A DNA stretch of 63,812 bases, filler included, from Olpidium bornovanus S191 (taxonomy: Eukaryota > Fungi > Olpidiomycota): assembly GCA_017911155.1 (NCBI GenBank). It is 30 parts of 30 records of this genome, joined end to end, with 100 filler letters (N's around TTAATTAATTAA, not from the genome) between each part and the next. Parts side by side here need not be neighbours in the genome. Positions count along the whole stretch, not along the records: positions 34,356 to 37,214 come from JAEFCI010011309.1; positions 37,315 to 39,176 come from JAEFCI010006777.1; positions 39,277 to 41,119 come from JAEFCI010005414.1; positions 41,220 to 42,825 come from JAEFCI010005327.1; positions 42,926 to 44,930 come from JAEFCI010005620.1; positions 45,031 to 46,697 come from JAEFCI010010790.1; positions 46,798 to 47,864 come from JAEFCI010004622.1; 23 more parts are not named here. One strand, 5' to 3'. Below, piece after piece: positions 34,490 through 47,182 of the stretch (its first letter is position 1; each line of letters starts with the position of its first letter). Made by a program: the position numbers and the translations under genes. The notes under the pieces are model-generated. The model ran no database searches and had not been told where the DNA came from. It saw nothing but the letters and a program-made list of their open reading frames with translations.

Positions 34490-36881
34490 TCACACGGCCG
34501 ACGAAGTTTCCTGGGGGTGCGTAAGGGAAAATTCTGTTCTCGGAGTCGTACCGTCTTGCAGTACGAGGTCAGGGCGGTTCGTCAGGTTGTGCGGTAACCA
34601 CGATGGCATGCCTTTCCTAGAGAAGCTGACAATGGTGCCATCTGGCTGGCGCATGCCCACCGAGGGATCCATTTTCCGTGCCTCGTTTAGCTCGTCCAGG
34701 CACTCCTTCCTGCCGCACGTGCCACAAGTTTTTTCTCGGCAGCGGTCACACTGAGGCCGAACGCGTCAGAGACCCATGTTAGCACAGAGACTCTGTGGGG
34801 CAAAACCCCGGCAAAACACCTGGTAACAAAGCTGCAGACGAACCGCGAACCTGGATAAACATCAGATTACATTGCCGGTTAATGCAGACCACATAATCAT
34901 TGACCGCTGCCGGCCCGCTCTTCCCGTCGTATCCGTTTGGTGGACATGTATGGCAGTGGGTTAATACATGTCCGGTGATGGTCTCGCCCCGACAGTCATC
35001 GAACCTAATGCAAGCTTCTGGTGTCAGAGATACCGAGGACGCCAAGGATTTTCGATACAATTCCAGTAATCACTGCAAACGTACGTGAAGTTTTTTCCTT
35101 TGAACAGCGACACAACATTCGGATGCTTTTTGAGAAACTGGCCATAAGCGGAAATTCCGCCACTTAACTGGACATATACAACGGAGTGGGCGGAGGGGTT
35201 AAGAAATGGATGCAATATTTTGCTTGACCGGTATCTCAGGAAGCAGCTCGGCGGGTGCTACTCACCGCGATAATGTTATCCCACCCTTCCTGGGCGAGTA
35301 TAGAGCCGGCTTTTGTGCAGCGTATCCCTCCCTATCCGTATGGCGTCAGTGAAAAAACGATGATAGCGTTCTAGATCAGGCAATCCAAAAACACCCTTAC
35401 TGTGCAGTACTGTTGGTCCAGACGGCAGTTGGATCATCAGGAACAAATAACTGTCAGCCCGATATTTTCAATGACGAAATCACAACGAGTGAGCGGAGTA
35501 CTCACGAAGAAAACAGGTCTCTTGTCTTCCTTGCTGCGCTTGGCAAAGATATCTCGAACAACCCGAAGAGCTTCTCGGAAGGTGTCAGTGCCCAGAACGA
35601 CCGCAGAATCGACCCTCCCGATCTGATGACGTGACACACTGAAAAAATAAGCAAGACACTCCTTGAGGCGGCAATTGCACGACAACAGACAAATCAAACG
35701 GACTATGTACCGCTGTCTCATAATGGTTTCGCAGACTGGTAGTGGATTGATTGAGCAAAGGCCAGTTAGATAAGGTAACGAGCCGCGAGGCATTCATCCA
35801 CATCGGAGGAGCAGACGACTCCACCGGCGTCACAACCGGGCAGTCGTTTGCGTCACAGTTCCGCGCTGCCTCGCGCAGTTCAGCCAAAGACACAAGAGCT
35901 CCTGACATACTCAATAATAGTGGGCTTCTCCGTTCCATTTTCCGCGGCCCGCTCCATCTCACGCGTCACCATATCGTGCCATTCCGCTGGGGACACGTGT
36001 TTGGCCTGCGGCATTGTGTCTTCAAAAGTTACCACCGAGTCGTCCAGCCCGTCGTTGATCAGCTTCTTCCTGACGCGCACGTGCAGGGTAGTGAAGGTTT
36101 GACACCCATCGCTATGCTTCCTGTATTCCAGGACGCCCGGTTCTATGCTGGGAAGGGCACTCTCCAGGGCCCTTTTCAACCGGTCGATGTTGCGGTCAGG
36201 GCAGCTGAAGTGTGCGTTGATTCCCTCAGCGGCCAAGTAGACCCTCCCGCGGACGCTCAGGCGCAGGAATATATCCAGGAGCGTCAAACGAAGTTGCTCA
36301 AGATCGCCCGCCGGCAGCTTTACGAAACGGTAAAAAGACCAGGAGCTCTTTTTTCCATTCACCGGGGGAAGGATGCCGATCTTTTTGTAATAGTACAGCG
36401 GATCCTTCGCAAAACTCAAGGACCTCGAGGAGAAAGCGGAGGAGTGGAATCGAGCAGCGCACGACTTCAGTCCAACGGCGACCACACGAAAAGGCGAGCA
36501 GCAGAAAGCGTCCACTGTAACGGGCAGTTGTGCGGCCCGGGTGCCGTTCGCGAAAGCGGCGCCAACGCCCAGTCGGGCGCACTCCGGGACAATGCTCCGA
36601 TATCCCCGAGACGCGGACGAGGCGGCATTGCGGACCTCCGTCCCCTCGCGCAGCGAGGGGCTACAGGAGGCCGAGGTAGACAGGGGGCAGAATCCGGGTT
36701 CTCGTGCGCCCGCGCGGACGACGCAGCAACCGCCACCGCTGCTGCTACTGCTGCTAGCAGGGAAGCGGCCGTTCTGCGAGGAAGGCTGGGACGGAAGAAG
36801 GTTGAGCGAGCGGAAGGGCCACGGCGGCGAACCGAGCAGGAAGCGGCGCGCCCGAGGGGGACGCATGGCCGACAGCGACAT
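34490..36881 (-). CDS. TSTD2: TrhO/UPF0176 (TSTD2-like) rhodanese-domain protein
   Basis: SFYRFV, VRGRVYLAAEGINA, LHVRVRKKL, IIDLRNHYE, FFYCTGGIRC, LSGGISAY, FKGKNFTFD and CNLMFIQC. Exons 36881-35911, 35735-35711, 35622-35506, 35409-35401, 35331-35266, 35167-35085, 35004-34851 and a last exon ending at 34490. Confidence 0.92.
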
Positions 36882-37337
36882 TATTTTGGGGGGGCGGCGG
36901 GCAGGCGGGCAGGCGGACGGCGGGAGTTGTTATTGTTATCATTATTTTTTCTTTTATTTTCTTCTCGACGAGGCCCCTCAGGGGCCAACTCTCGGCCGCG
37001 CGCGCGCCCGTTGTCGTTGCCTCCTGCCCCGCCGCGCGCGCCCACCCGCATGATCCTTCTCCCGGACACAAACGGGCAAGTTGCTCCTCATACAAAACAG
37101 ACTAGACGGACATAACTGTAGCTAGTTCCATACGCTCGCCTTGGTCGCCGCATTCGCGGATTCCTCGGCATCCAATTCCTCCATTGGCGGAGTTCTCGTT
37201 GCGGATTGTGAGACNNNNNNNNNNNNNNNNNNNNNNNNNNNNNNNNNNNNNNNNNNNNTTAATTAATTAANNNNNNNNNNNNNNNNNNNNNNNNNNNNNN
37301 NNNNNNNNNNNNNNGGCGCCGGGGGGGCGGGGTGGGT

Positions 37338-37442
<105 letters not shown>

Positions 37443-37817
37443 GCCTCGCCGCGGCCGAGAAACGCGCGCCGTTGACGCCGAGGCAACTTATCAAATTAAC
37501 GACCGCTCCCAAACCCCGCCATCCCGGCGAGCAAACTTGCTTCCTGCAGCAAGAAGCTCGAGCTTTGACGAACCCACCGGATCCTGCCTGCGTCTCTGCC
37601 CAAAGCTGTTGCGGTTGCGAGTTCGCAACCTCGGCGGAAGCCGCTTGCCAGGTCGCCAAACTCGGTACGGCGTTGCTGCCTTGCTGCCGACGGCTCCGTT
37701 TCGTTGGGTGGCGTTCCAGCTGAGACGAAGACGCTCGACCAGCGACCTCTCTCCTGGAACCCACCCCCGGTTGGCGCTGCCCGAGCCGGCCGCCGTTTAA
37801 CGCTGGAGAGCAGCTCG

Positions 37818-39176
37818 ATGGCATCGTTCTTTCCGTTCGTCTGGCCGGGGCCCGGGCCGGCGCCGCCCTCTGCGCCCGTCGTCGAGCACGTCCCGGCCGG
37901 AGCGGCGAAAGTAGCGGGAGACGCCGGAGGGGCGGGAAACAGCAAAATCGAGCACCTGTACGTGCGGCAGGCGGAGACGCGGCAGGCGGAGAACGGAAGC
38001 AAGCTGTACACCGTGTTCCGGATCGAGCTGCACGGGCCCGTGCGGATATGGAGCGTGTGGAGGCGGTACTCCGAGTTTGACGCGCTCCACGCGAAGCTGT
38101 GCGCCGTCTCCCCGGACGGGGTGCGCACGCCGCCGCCCGGGAAACTGCCGCCGAAGACGTACTTCTTCTCCACCGTCAACTCGGAGGCGGCCACGGAGGA
38201 ACGGAGGAAAGCCCTCGAGGCGTGGCTCAGGGGGATCCTGCAGGCGCGGGACTCGCGGTGGAGGGAGTCGCAGGCGTGGAACGAGTTCCTGGCCGTGCCG
38301 GGGGCGAAGGGCGCGGCCGGCGGCGGCGCGGAGGGGCCGGCGCCGTCGCTGGCGTCGCGGAGAAAACCCGGCTTCGTCAAGGCGTTCACGAGCGAGAGCT
38401 GGCTCGACGAGGCGACCGAGCTGTCGACGGTGGCGAGGCAGGCCCGCGCGCTCCTTCACCGGCGCGACGCCCTGCTGGCCAAGGGCGAGGTCGCGCAGGC
38501 GGCCGGCGTGTCCGCGGAGGTGAGGTCGCTCCTCACGATTTTCGGCACCCGCTTCGCGGCCTTGCAGGCCGGCCTGCAGGCGTTCGCGCCGGCGGAAAGC
38601 GCCGGCGGGCGGCGGCGGATCAGCGTCGGGGGAGGAGGGGGGCCGGCGCCGGCGCCAGTGCTGTCGGAGGGGGAGTACACCCGGCGGCACGACATGGTCC
38701 AGCGCTTCAAAGACGAGCGCGACGCACTGTCGAAGCTCGCCGGCAGCACGATCCGGGCTCCCGCGTCGGCGCTCGCCGGTTCGTCGGCCGCCTCGGCCGC
38801 CGACCGGAACGCCCTCCTGTCGGGCCCTTCGGGCGATCGCCGCGGCGCGCCTTTCCATTTCCGCGCCGGCGGCCGCAACAGCATCTGGGGACAGGAGGCG
38901 CCGTCGCCAGGCGCGAACGCGCCCCGCAGGGTGTTCGGCTCTCCCGCTCCGCAGACCGCCGCGTCCCCGGGCGCGCCGCCGCCGCCGCATCCCGTCGAGA
39001 CGGAGGCTACCCGGCAGCTGAGCAACGAGGGCCTCCTGCAGTTGCAGCAGCAGATCATGGAGCAGCAGGACCAACACATCGAGGGATTCTCGGCGCTGTT
39101 GAACCGCCAGAAGCAGATCGGCCTGGCTATTAACAACGAGCTCGAGAACCAGAACGCCCTCCTCGGCGAGCTCGAC
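37818..39176 (+). CDS. VAM7: Vam7-type PX-domain Qc-SNARE (3' truncated)
   Basis: PX domain YTVFRI...VWRRYSEFDALH...LPPK...ERRKALEAWL. C-terminal ETEATRQLSNEGLLQLQQQIMEQQDQ...QKQIGLAINNELENQNALLGELD SNARE motif. Confidence 0.9.
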
Positions 39177-39939
39177 NNNNNNNNNNNNNNNNNNNNNNNN
39201 NNNNNNNNNNNNNNNNNNNNTTAATTAATTAANNNNNNNNNNNNNNNNNNNNNNNNNNNNNNNNNNNNNNNNNNNNCCCCCCCCCCGCCCTTACAAAACA
39301 TCATAATGAAAAACCGCACTACCGTTGACCGAAAGAGATCGGAGCCCATTCATTTCCCTTTGCATGCACGCCCAGGAGACGATCAGAAGTCAAATCACCT
39401 ATAAAGGAATCGCCTTTATACACACTCTGCATCGGCAGCCAGAATGTCGGCACTTTATCAATTTGAAAAAGGAATCTTTGTCAGGGCATACACAGCAGCG
39501 GCAAACCCCGCGAAAGATCAGTGTCACTTCCAAATCGAAAAGGAGACATGACACCTGGTTTACAGCGGTTTTCCACCATCCAACATTTGGCTCGTACAAG
39601 GGCGCGCGGGGGTAGTTCGCCTGGAGACCCAAAAAAGGGTAAGGGCCTGCCACTTTCAGAACCAAACTTTTCGAACGACTTTTCCATGCTCTCTCCATTG
39701 CAAAAGACAGCGTGGTTTTAGTGAACAAAAATGGGCGACAGGCGGAGATCAAGCGTCGCTGAAGCGAATATCACGCCGGATATCTGAGATTGCTAAAAGC
39801 AGCGGCTAGTAACGTCACGTGATCAACCGAAATGGTGCGGCGGGGACGAACGCCACTTGCGGAAAAAGCGGCCAGCGGAACCAAAGGAACCTCCCCCGGG
39901 CGGAACCAACCTCCGAGGAGGCGAGGAGGACAGGAAACC

Positions 39940-40928
39940 ATGGCGGACGCGGAGCCCAGCAGTTCAACCGACGGCCGCGCCCGAAAACGAGGAGAGCAGC
40001 ACCCGCAACCGGCGTCGCCTTCCCGCGCCGCGGGCGTTGTCGGTGTCGCCTGCGGATCACGGGAAACTGGCCGGACCGCCGCCGGCCACGGTGGCTCGCT
40101 GTCGAAGTTCTCGTTCCCCTCGTTCAGCAGCGCCCCGGACCTCGGCGGAGCCGACGAGCTACCTCCCATACCCGCCGTCAGGAACGTCCGCGGGCTTCAG
40201 CCCTTGTTTCCTTCCGCCTTGCAGCTGCGGCGTTCGTCCTCGCCTTCCGATTACGAGGACGATCTGCAGGCGGACGCTTCCGGCGAACATTGGGAAGGCG
40301 TCGCGTCAGCGGAGCGCGCCGAGCGGACGCGGCAGCGGCGCCGGGGTCGCGACGACAGCCCGAGGGAGCGGGGCAGCCGGCGGAGGAAGTTGCGGGAGGT
40401 AGAAAGCAGAGATGAAGAAAGCCACTCCAAGAGGAAATCACACGTTCCGCGAGATCGCGACGACCGCGGCAAAAAACGAAAACGACGTAATCGCTCGTAC
40501 TCCCGTTCGCGGTCACCGCCGCATTCGAAACGCCACACCGGGAGCGGGACGTTACCAGCGGTTCGTCGCGCTTTTAAACGTGCCTGCGTCGGCCCTCCTT
40601 TGCGGTCAAAAAGCAAACTGCGACTTACGGTCAAGTGGTGGATCAGGCGGACTTCATCGGCGCCGACTTTGTGCTGGACGGCAAAGGCGACAAAACTACC
40701 TTCCTTTCCGAAAATACAAGCGTTTACGAAGCTCCGAAGTTTTTCAGAACAGGTATTTCTTCGATGCGAACCCTTCTCCACTTTGCCGTCCCTACTTACC
40801 TTACTCTGCTCCATTATTACTGATTCGCAGAAAGCTTTGTGATTGGCCTTCCTGGAGCACGAATAGACCATCGAAGTACCCATGTCAATGGGATAGTATT
40901 ATTTGAAGGCGGAAAAGGACGCCGTGAG
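39940..40928 (+). CDS. NRDE2: Probable NRDE-2 nuclear exosome/RNAi factor, N-terminal exons
   Basis: Basic RS-like N-terminus, then FVLDGKGD...VYEAPKFFRTG and a following exon FVIGLPGARID. This resembles the NRDE-2 motif F..D.KGD...Y..P.Y.R.G...V.GL. Recognition is from memory only. Confidence 0.55.
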
Positions 40929-41219
40929 GTGAGAAACCTCAGAATTGACTTCACGTATTTTGCTCACGTTGACATGTCATGTGTACCTAGAAACGATACA
41001 TGGATGTTAATTGGGACTTGGAGAATCGAAGAATCAAAATGTCAGACGGGGAAGTTTTCTGCGTCTAAAGGCACATACGTGGTTGCCTGGCTGACGGGAG
41101 GGAAGGGGGGGGGCGGGGGNNNNNNNNNNNNNNNNNNNNNNNNNNNNNNNNNNNNNNNNNNNNTTAATTAATTAANNNNNNNNNNNNNNNNNNNNNNNNN
41201 NNNNNNNNNNNNNNNNNNN

Positions 41220-42825
41220 CATGGCGCGTTACGATGTCATCATTACAACGTACTCCTTAGTGGCAAACGAGCATCCTGCCCGGGAAAAGGGAGGCAAAGA
41301 CGCTGGGCGCGCTTCCGAAGACCGTCCATTCGGCCCGTTATTCGACATCCACTACCACCGTATCATTCTTGACGAAGCGCACACCATCAAGAACCGCAAC
41401 ACTCAGGTGGCAATCGCGTGCTGTTCGCTGAAAGCCGAAAAGAGATGGTGCCTAAGCGGGACGCCAATTCAAAATAACCTGGACGAGCTATTCTCGCTGG
41501 TTCGCTTTTTGCGTATTGAGCCTTACAACGATTCCCGCTGGTTCAACGAGAAAATCCTCGTTCCGGTCAAGTCGGCAAACCCGCGGAAAGGTTTTCACCG
41601 ACTCCAGGTGTTTCTCAAAGCGATTTGTCTGCGCCGTACGAAGGACGCAGAGGTCGACGGCCGGAAGGTACTAGAGCTGGTCCCGCGCAACGTCGAGATC
41701 CTCTCCGCCGACTTTTCTCCTGAGGAGCGTGCGTTCTACAAGGGGTTGGAGGCGAAGGCGAGGGTCCGGTTCAACCGTTACTTAAAAGAGGGCACTGCGA
41801 TGAAAAACTACTCGCACATCCTTGTCTTGCTGCTGCGCCTCCGGCAAGCCTGCTGCCACCCCCACCTCCTGAAACACGAATTTGTTGATGTTTTACCCGG
41901 TGACGAGGATGCCCACGACGCTGGAGATGACAGTCGCGTGCGGAGGGACGGCGCGGGCAGCCAGGCTGAACTTGTCGAAAGGATGGATCCTGAGGTGGTC
42001 CGCCGGCTCTTGGCACAGGACGAGTGCGGCGAGCTGGAGAAGGAGTGCGAAATTTGTTATGGTGAGTGTATATGCATATGCGGAAAAATTTCTGCTTAAC
42101 TGGCTCACCACCCCGGCGCCGGCTGCGTGCAGACGTTCGAGAAGATCCGGTTGTAATTTTTGGATGCGGGCACGGGCCGTACTGCAAGGAATGCCTCTGT
42201 TGTAAGTCTGAAGTTGTGCGGATGAGACCGTTCTGCCGTTAAAAGCGACTAACGGCAGGTTTGACTCTCTGTCTCGCGTGCGATTTACCGAATCGCAGTG
42301 TACGCCAGGGACGGACGCAAGCCTTGCCCTAATTGCCGCGGTCCCTTGAATCTACGCGAGCTGGTCTCACTTTCATTCTTCATAAAGAAACACCGTGCAA
42401 AGCCGCCGGCGGTCGAGGGCCCGTCGACCTATCCGGGATCATCGTCCTCCGCGGCAGGCTCGGCGCCGGACGCCGAAGGAGTCGACGATAACATGGTTGT
42501 GGAAACGACAAAGAAGTTGTGCGGATCCCAGGAAGTATTCTTATCTTCGACGAAGCTAGACAGGATGATCGAAGCGATTCATAAATCCAGGAGAAATTTC
42601 CCGGGCGAAAAGATAATCGTGTTTTCACAGTTCACGCGTCTGGTGAGGATTTTGCTGCGTTGCGGCTTTTTTGACTGATAATAGCTGACAGTTCGTTTCT
42701 CTTTCATGGACCGTTGCCGCGGCTCGTTCCTGGTATTTCGCACCACAGCTGGATCTCGTTGAGATCCCCCTCATCCGCGACGGGATCCGGTTCGTTAGAT
42801 ACGACGGATCGATGAGCATTGCAGC
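41220..42825 (+). CDS. SNF2-family helicase/ATPase with RING finger (Rad5/Rad16/Uls1 group), internal fragment
   Basis: IILDEAHTIKN, RWCLSGTPIQN, CLRRTK, LLRLRQACCHP, a RING split across exons (CEIC, CGH..YCKEC, CPNC), SSTK, IIVFSQFT and RYDGSM. Exons 41220-42061, 42133-42201, 42299-42642 and 42749-42825. Confidence 0.95.
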
Positions 42826-42925
42826 NNNNNNNNNNNNNNNNNNNNNNNNNNNNNNNNNNNNNNNNNNNNTTAATTAATTAANNNNNNNNNNNNNNNNNNN
42901 NNNNNNNNNNNNNNNNNNNNNNNNN

Positions 42926-44930
42926 CCGCCGCCTTCGACGCGGAAATCTCGGTGGCAGACGCCGACGTCGCGGAGAAGGCCGACGAGCTGAGGGCGGCGG
43001 CAGAGTCGGTGAAATCCTGCGAGCTGGAATACGACAAACTGGCCGCGAACGTCGCACAGGCGGAAGCGGCGGCTTCGATGAATGAAGTCACCGCGAAGCT
43101 CGAAGGGGCGAACGCGAAGTTGGAGCAGCTCCCCAAAACGTCGATCGAAGAAATCAAATCCTTCACCTCGCCACCCGAGCCGGTCGTCGTCCTGGTCGAA
43201 GCGATCTGCATTTTGTTCGATGTCCGGCCCTCTTGGGAAGACGGCAGGAGACTGCTTTCCAGCCATAATTTTATCCGCAGAATGATAGATATGAACCGCA
43301 GGAGCCTTTTAGACACCCCGGGAAAGCTCGACCGCCTAAGAAGGCTACTGGAGGGACCGACGTTCGAACCAGTGAGGTTGGGTGCAGTTTCCGTCGCGGC
43401 CAGAAGCCTGTGCGAGTGGGTGACGGCGCTCGTGGAGTATGCCGTGGCGGCGAGGTTCAACGCGGCTCAGCAAACGAACTTGTCCAGAGCAAGAGGCACG
43501 TTGAACTCGAAGGCGGATTTATTGGAGGCGGAACGGAAAAGATATGCCAGGCTGCAAACCGAGCACACCCGACTGAGCAAAAAATGCTTCGATCTTCGTC
43601 ACGAAAGGTGGATGACCGTCGGTCAAAAGTTCTGGAAACTGGACGTCCTGGAGGATAAAGAGCCTGCGCCGAACGACGGACCGGCCGCGGAAGCCAGATG
43701 GTTTCAGAGGTCGTTTTACCGCGACGGTGAACAGGAGCGCCCTTTGGACGCCGAGTTGATGGCCGCGTATAAGGCGCACCAGGATGCGAAGGAAGAACTC
43801 CGAGACCTTGAACTTCAATGTTGGAAAGACCTGGGCTCCGCCCGGGAAAGCTTAGAGGAAGCTCGGCGGATTGTGGCGGGCGTCAACATCGCGGACGTGG
43901 AAGAGCTGCTGGAAAGCACACGGCAGTCTGCCTTCGAGTTGGGGATGAAAGAAGCCATTTGCTGCCTCTTGAACCAGGAAAGACCGTCGGCGGCCCAAGT
44001 CGTTCGCAAAGTGAGCAGTGCGGCGAAATTTGATCTGAGAAATTGAAAACCCGCCGTCCCGGCCCCGCCCTGCGTTTGACCGCGTTTCTTTTTTATTTTT
44101 TTTTTTATTATTTCATTTTATTTTTTTTTTTTTACTTTATTCTGGTTTTAGTTAGCTTCTATTCGAGGGGGGGACATATTGCGCCTAATGCCGGTTCTGA
44201 AAGCCATCATACCAAACTCGGCCTTTCGAGATGACCATTTCTACCAGAAAACATTCACCGGGGCGACGGCCCTTTCGCCGTTCGCCGGATGTCGCTTTGC
44301 CTGCCTGACGCGCAAATGGATTGGAAGCGTCTACAATTACGGCCAGACGGTGCATAAGCGTTCGAGCGCACTGGAGCAGGCAAGGGACACAGTGCAGAAC
44401 CTTGGAAAGAGGTGTGCCGATCTGTGGTGGAAGGAGTACGGAGACGACCCGACGTTATGGCCTTACGACACTATTCTTGTGAGGAAAAAGGTAAAAGAAA
44501 AACGGAATAGGGGCAGGAAACTTACTCACCATCCGGGCGCATCTGTAGATTTTAAGTTTCGGATGTTCTACTGCTGATTGGCTTGGATCTGAGGCGGATA
44601 GACCCTACCCCTTACCGGCCCCCTTGATTTTTTTTTTTTTTTTTTGCCATTCGGAGGCTACGCAGGGCGCTAATCTGTCCCGCTACGTTTTTGTTTTTTT
44701 TTTGTTGACATCTAGGAGCTGCGACAGAAACTGTCAAATCCCCCAGACCAACAAGCGCTGATGTACTTGAATGCGGTACATAAGCCAGCGGCTCTCAGCG
44801 AGATCTTGGCATGCGTCGGGGGCATCATTAGCCCCGACGACACCGGGGTTCAGCCGTCGACCCTGCCGGCAGATCCCGGGGAGTGGATGTCACGTCTCGC
44901 GAGAATCCCCGCGGAATTGGACCCGCGCGC
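42926..44930 (+). CDS. Protein with tandem dynein stalk/microtubule-binding-domain-like units (partial at both ends)
   Basis: LEQLPKTSIEEIKSFTSPPEPVVVLVEAICILF...SWEDGRRLL...FEPVRLGAVSVAARSLCEWVTALVEY is followed by a second unit CWKDLGSARESLEEARRIVAGVNIADVEEL...EAICCLL...KWIGSVYNY. Exons 42926-44010, 44152-44490 and 44716-44930. Confidence 0.8.
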
Positions 44931-46798
44931 NNNNNNNNNNNNNNNNNNNNNNNNNNNNNNNNNNNNNNNNNNNNTTAATTAATTAANNNNNNNNNNNNNN
45001 NNNNNNNNNNNNNNNNNNNNNNNNNNNNNNGCGGCCGCCCTTTTCCCGCTTGGCCTTGCCGCTTGTCAGTGAATGCGACGACGGCGAGCCGTGCGTCATT
45101 AATTGGGGTTTCTCTTTTGCTTTTTATTTGCGATTTTGGTCTGAGGCCATGTTTTTTTTCCCAGGGAAAACAGAAGCGGTCTGTACTGGGAAGCGGAGGA
45201 GGGCGGAAGTGAAGGCCCGCGTTTTTGCGCCGTCGCCGTGAAAAAAAAACACGCCCTGCGTGGAACGAAAGTGAAAGAAGCAAGGGCGGAGGGAATCAAG
45301 AAAATTATCGCCGTTTTCGCCCGGACAAATTTTTATCCCCCCGCTTTTCCGCCAGCCAACCGTCTTATTTTCCCCCTTTTCTACCTACTGTCTTTCGTTC
45401 AAAAAGTACAACCAAGTTGTCAAAGGGACCTCGCATTACCATATGCTGTTTTGATTTCTGATTTTTCCGGTTTCGGCTGTTGTATGGTTTGGGAGGGGGT
45501 AGGGGGATCCCCAGGTTTGCCTTTCGAGCCCAAAAAAGCCGAACAGCCCCGCCCTCCCCGGCATCTCTCCGCGAAACGCATCCGCCGCAAACCGGCGCGT
45601 GCAGCGACGGCCTTTTTTCGGCTTTTTTTTTTTGGTTTCCGCCCCGCGTCCGGCCTTTTCGAGTAAAAGGGCCGGGGCAGGCGCGCGACAGCAAAACGAG
45701 CGGGGATCTGCAATTTGACGCGCTACCGTCGTTGCGGTTTCCCTTTGCTGCCGCCGGCGCCGCCGCCACGCGGCTTCCGTGGCGGATGATCGCTCCCGGT
45801 TATCAGCAAAGCTGGAAAGTGCGCGTTCCGGCAGAGCAGAAATCTGCTGCGGCCCGCCGGGCGTGGGGAAAAGGGTGCCCGTTGAGTAGAAAGCGGGTGT
45901 GCGGAATCTGGAATCGAGAAAAGGAAAGCAACCGCTGCGGAAAATTGACGCTGCGCTAATTTCAAACGAGCAAAAATCGCCTGTAAACGCGCGCGCGCGC
46001 CGCCCCCCTCTATCCCCTCCGCCCTGCCTTTTTGCCCACGGCAGTAATATCGCTGAATTCGCACTTCTCGACCAAAGCGGAAGCCGTGAGCGGAGCGCGC
46101 TTTGCGCCCGGCCAGACGGACGCCTTGCCTGTTTTCCCGCCTTCTGTTTCGCGCCAACTCGCCAAGTGGCGTCAGCGTTGTTTGCGACACTCGGGCGGCT
46201 CGGGGTGTGTCAACTTACTTTTTGCGCGGGAGGTGCGGGCGACGCTGAAAATGCCGCGACATCAAGGTACTGCACGCCGTCATCATCAAATGGAACCGCG
46301 TCTGGCCCTTCGGAACCAGCTGCGCCGCGAGCAGCCGCCTTCACAGCTTCCACGGCCGGATATGAGCGCCGCGTCTTTCTCCGGCCTGCCTCGTATATTC
46401 CTCGTCGTCTGCCTGCCAGTGAACTGGTAAGGACTGAAGCCGCGCGAAAGGTTGCGGTCGCGTCTGCGGGGAGGCAACAGCGGCGACGGCGGTGGCAACG
46501 GCGACGTCGGAGAGCCCGCGGTGCCCCGATCAGGTCGGAAACGTGACAGGCAAGGGAGGGAAGGGTGGGTGGGCTGGCAAGTCGCAGAGGGCGCGACGGG
46601 CCAGCGGTTAAACCGCGCCCACTCTTTTTGGCCACGTTTTGAGGGATTTCCCGGCGCAAGTGGCTCGTACGCGCAAGAGTTGCCTGGATTCGCAAAANNN
46701 NNNNNNNNNNNNNNNNNNNNNNNNNNNNNNNNNNNNNNNNNTTAATTAATTAANNNNNNNNNNNNNNNNNNNNNNNNNNNNNNNNNNNNNNNNNNNNC

Positions 46799-46996
46799 CC
46801 TCCCGCCGCACCTCCTGCAAAGAACTCTGCCTTCCGTCTAAGCCGAATCAAGGCCCACGTGGAGGGAGCAGCCGCTCGACAACTGCAGGAGGCGGAAGCC
46901 GACAGGACAAGGTTTCTAACAAGGGCGGTCATCGCCGAGGAAATGCTGCGGAGGTTTACGAAGCGTTTGCCAATCGCCGAACCAAACGAACCCTAG
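46799..46996 (+). CDS. Probable 3' end of an unidentified gene converging on RPF1
   Basis: Open from the contig start, helical and protein-like (AARQLQEAEADRTRFLTRAVIAEEMLRRF), with TAG at 46994-46996. Confidence 0.35.
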   Translation, partial: PPAAPPAKNSAFRLSRIKAHVEGAAARQLQEAEADRTRFLTRAVIAEEMLRRFTKRLPIAEPNEP

Positions 46997-47182
46997 GTGA
47001 TCCTGGGCTTGCGAGCTTGGCCTTCATTGGTTTGATGCGATAACGAGAGACAGAACGCATCGCCTCGAATTTGGCGCTCCGGTGGGTACAAGCACCGAAC
47101 CACTCCCTGTCCTGCCCCCAGTGCCCTTTGGCGAGAAAACTTGTATTACGTCCACTTAAACTGCAGCCAAGCGATTATAAAA

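Noticed and set aside
42926-44046. Calling this a conventional dynein heavy chain
   Set aside because: No AAA5 sequence follows the stalk; a second stalk-like unit does.
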